This document shows positions 62,325-64,000 of a DNA stretch of 64,000 bases, in pieces. Source of the stretch: a phage. Each line of letters starts with the position of its first letter. The stretch's first letter is position 1. The translations under genes and the position numbers were made by a program. The stretch lies in sequence record OZ335964.1. The stretch is one strand, 5' to 3'. Under the pieces are notes generated by a model that ran no database searches, was not told the DNA's origin, and worked only from the letters and a program-made list of their open reading frames with translations.

Positions 62325-63254
62325 ATGAACTATAAACGTATTTATGATAACCTGATTGAACGTGCTAAGACTAGAACTATCGACGGATATACAGAAAAGC
62401 ATCACATCATACCACGTTGTATGAATGGAAGCGATGATGATAGCAATCTAGTTAGACTCACCCCAGAGGAACATTACATTGCTCACCTTCTGTTAGTTAA
62501 GATTTACCCAGATAACAGTAAATTGGTTTATGCTGCAAATATGATGTGCGTTTCTTCTGATTCACATAATGGAGAAAGACAGTCAAATAAACGTCATGGT
62601 TGGTTGCGTAGAAAAATGGCAGAGGCACATAGTAAAAGAATCCGCGATAGAATGGAGAACGATCCTGAATATAGAGCTAAGGTTTCGGAATGGGCTAGAA
62701 AAATGGGTAAAGCCATGAAAGGAGTTAAGCGAGGACCGGAATTTAGCAGAAAGTTGGCAGAAAGAAACAGAAATACCGTGATGAAAGAAGAAACTAAACG
62801 TAAAATCGGGGAAGCCAACAAAGGAAGGAAACGTACAGAAGAATATAAAAGAAAACATAGTGAGCGGTATAAGGGTGAAGGTAATCCGATGTATGGTAAA
62901 CGAGGAAAGGAACATCCGGCATATGGTACTAAACCGTGGAACAACCAAACATCATTTGTTGAGCAGAAAGCATGGTGGCGGTTCGCTGGCATGTTCTATG
63001 ACTGGTATCAGATGGATATTGACCGTGGGAAACATAAACGCCACGGTCATAAAAGAATGCTTGATGAATTGGGTTTTGTTGGTTGGCGAGAAAAAGAGCC
63101 AGCCGCAGCAAGACGATCAATTGAAATGTTTGCTAAAGGCTGGAATCCTTATGAAGACCAAGAATGGTTAGATTATATTAATACCCGCTTTCCAAACGAC
63201 GATAGTTTTCCGCGTTCTTCAACATATACAAAACAAACAAATCCTTTGCAGTAA
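62325..63254 (+). CDS. HNH homing endonuclease with NUMOD3-like repeats
   Basis: 309 aa; EKHHIIPRCMNGSDDDSNLVRLTPEEHYIAH (HNH) and repeated basic HSKRIRDRM / KRKIGEANKGRK / HSERYKGEGNPMYGKRGKEH motifs; only + strand gene in this block. Confidence 0.7.
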   Translation: MNYKRIYDNLIERAKTRTIDGYTEKHHIIPRCMNGSDDDSNLVRLTPEEHYIAHLLLVKIYPDNSKLVYAANMMCVSSDSHNGERQSNKRHGWLRRKMAEAHSKRIRDRMENDPEYRAKVSEWARKMGKAMKGVKRGPEFSRKLAERNRNTVMKEETKRKIGEANKGRKRTEEYKRKHSERYKGEGNPMYGKRGKEHPAYGTKPWNNQTSFVEQKAWWRFAGMFYDWYQMDIDRGKHKRHGHKRMLDELGFVGWREKEPAAARRSIEMFAKGWNPYEDQEWLDYINTRFPNDDSFPRSSTYTKQTNPLQ

Positions 63255-63702
63255 GACCTAATGCTAGGAATTTACACATAATAAAATGGAGTTGGTCCAC
63301 CGCCTCTAGGTATGTTTCGAGACGATCCGCCTCTGGCAAATCACTAAAGAGGCGGTTTCGTGCTTCCATGTGATTTGCTTTCCAGTGTTTCCATACCGCG
63401 CTCGCGTCCTTCCCGTTAGACATTCCACCTAATGCAGTATACAATTCTCGTGTTTCGTCGTCAAGAGCATTATCATTCGCTCGAATAAAATCTAAAATTT
63501 CTCCACACGTTTTCAATTCGTCAATTTTTGCTACCCACGGACGGTCCTTAGACACCTGATCCTGTAACGCTTTTTGCATATTCATCATGTGTTGGAACGG
63601 GTTATCACCGTTGGCGATGATTTCTTTATATTTTTCTTCTGCAAAATTCAGAGTTTCCGCATTTACTAAGTGTGCACAAGAATTAAATTCTGACATATTC
63701 AC
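63178..63702 (-). CDS. 56: gp56-like dCTP pyrophosphatase (tentative)
   Basis: 174 aa; ASAVWKHWKA and C-terminal LKNAENYRRLESGY resemble what I recall of T4 gp56; position after mod genes; 3' end overlaps HNH gene convergently. Confidence 0.45.
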   Translation of the reverse strand: MNMSEFNSCAHLVNAETLNFAEEKYKEIIANGDNPFQHMMNMQKALQDQVSKDRPWVAKIDELKTCGEILDFIRANDNALDDETRELYTALGGMSNGKDASAVWKHWKANHMEARNRLFSDLPEADRLETYLEAVDQLHFIMCKFLALGLTAKDLFVLYMLKNAENYRRLESGY

Positions 63703-63710
63703 CTCATTAA

Positions 63711-63983
63711 TTAAAATTTACAATATTTCATAAACCGCATTTTAGCCATCAGACCTTGTACGGTGTTCTCTTTGATATATTCCATGATCTGGTCGCGTGT
63801 AGCGCCCTCGTCCTGAATCATGGCGTTAACGTCTTTAGAATGCCACGGGCAACGGTCCCACAATACAATCTTTTCCCCTGCATTGATAAACTTTTCCAGT
63901 CGGTGCATTGTATCGGCTGACCGTGGTTCCGCATCAAGTACAAACACTCGCTGGTCTGGGAAAGGTATTTCATCTAATCCCAA
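63711..63983 (-). CDS. hypothetical protein
   Basis: 90 aa ORF at window edge. Confidence 0.45.
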   Translation of the reverse strand: MGLDEIPFPDQRVFVLDAEPRSADTMHRLEKFINAGEKIVLWDRCPWHSKDVNAMIQDEGATRDQIMEYIKENTVQGLMAKMRFMKYCKF

Positions 63984-64000
63984 AGTACCGCCAGTAATTG

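Noticed and set aside
1-64000. tRNA or other structured RNA genes
   Set aside because: No intergenic region large enough with cloverleaf-like features was seen; I cannot run a tRNA scanner, so small RNAs cannot be excluded.

Overview
This 64 kb window reads as a contiguous segment of a T4-like (Tevenvirinae-type) myovirus genome. All calls are from reading the translated ORFs and intergenic sequence against remembered T4 protein families and gene order; no database search was run. Gene order matches T4: baseplate genes 48/54 (+ strand), alt, a hyperplastic block of small early genes, DNA ligase (30), 31, cd, pseT, rnlA, denA, nrdB, nrdA, td, frd, 32, 59, 33, dsbA-like, rnh (all - strand), tail-fibre genes 34-35-36-37 and holin t (+ strand), then another small-gene block, 52, rIIB, rIIA, 39, dexA, dda, a Mod-like ADP-ribosyltransferase and a gp56-like gene (- strand). 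Most minus-strand genes are preceded by a copy of a conserved sigma70-type promoter cassette (-35 TTGACA, -10, leader, Shine-Dalgarno), often with a palindrome in or across the spacer. Plus-strand late genes 34 and 36 carry TATAAATA late-promoter boxes. The candidates I rank highest for novelty are: (1) a translationally coupled cassette of HNH endonuclease, a compact C5-methyltransferase-like protein, a Cys-rich zinc-ribbon protein and a stand-alone DUF262/ParB-like protein beside alt; (2) a NADAR/YbiA-like protein next to DNA ligase; (3) a CYTH-domain protein inserted between dsbA and rnh; (4) a six-member tandem paralogue family; (5) a thymidylate synthase with a ~120-aa in-frame insertion. 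There are four free-standing HNH endonuclease genes and three ADP-ribosyltransferase-fold proteins. Nine small ORFs below the 60-aa track threshold were found by hand and several track ORFs have N-terminal extensions that run through promoters or terminators; corrected starts are given.
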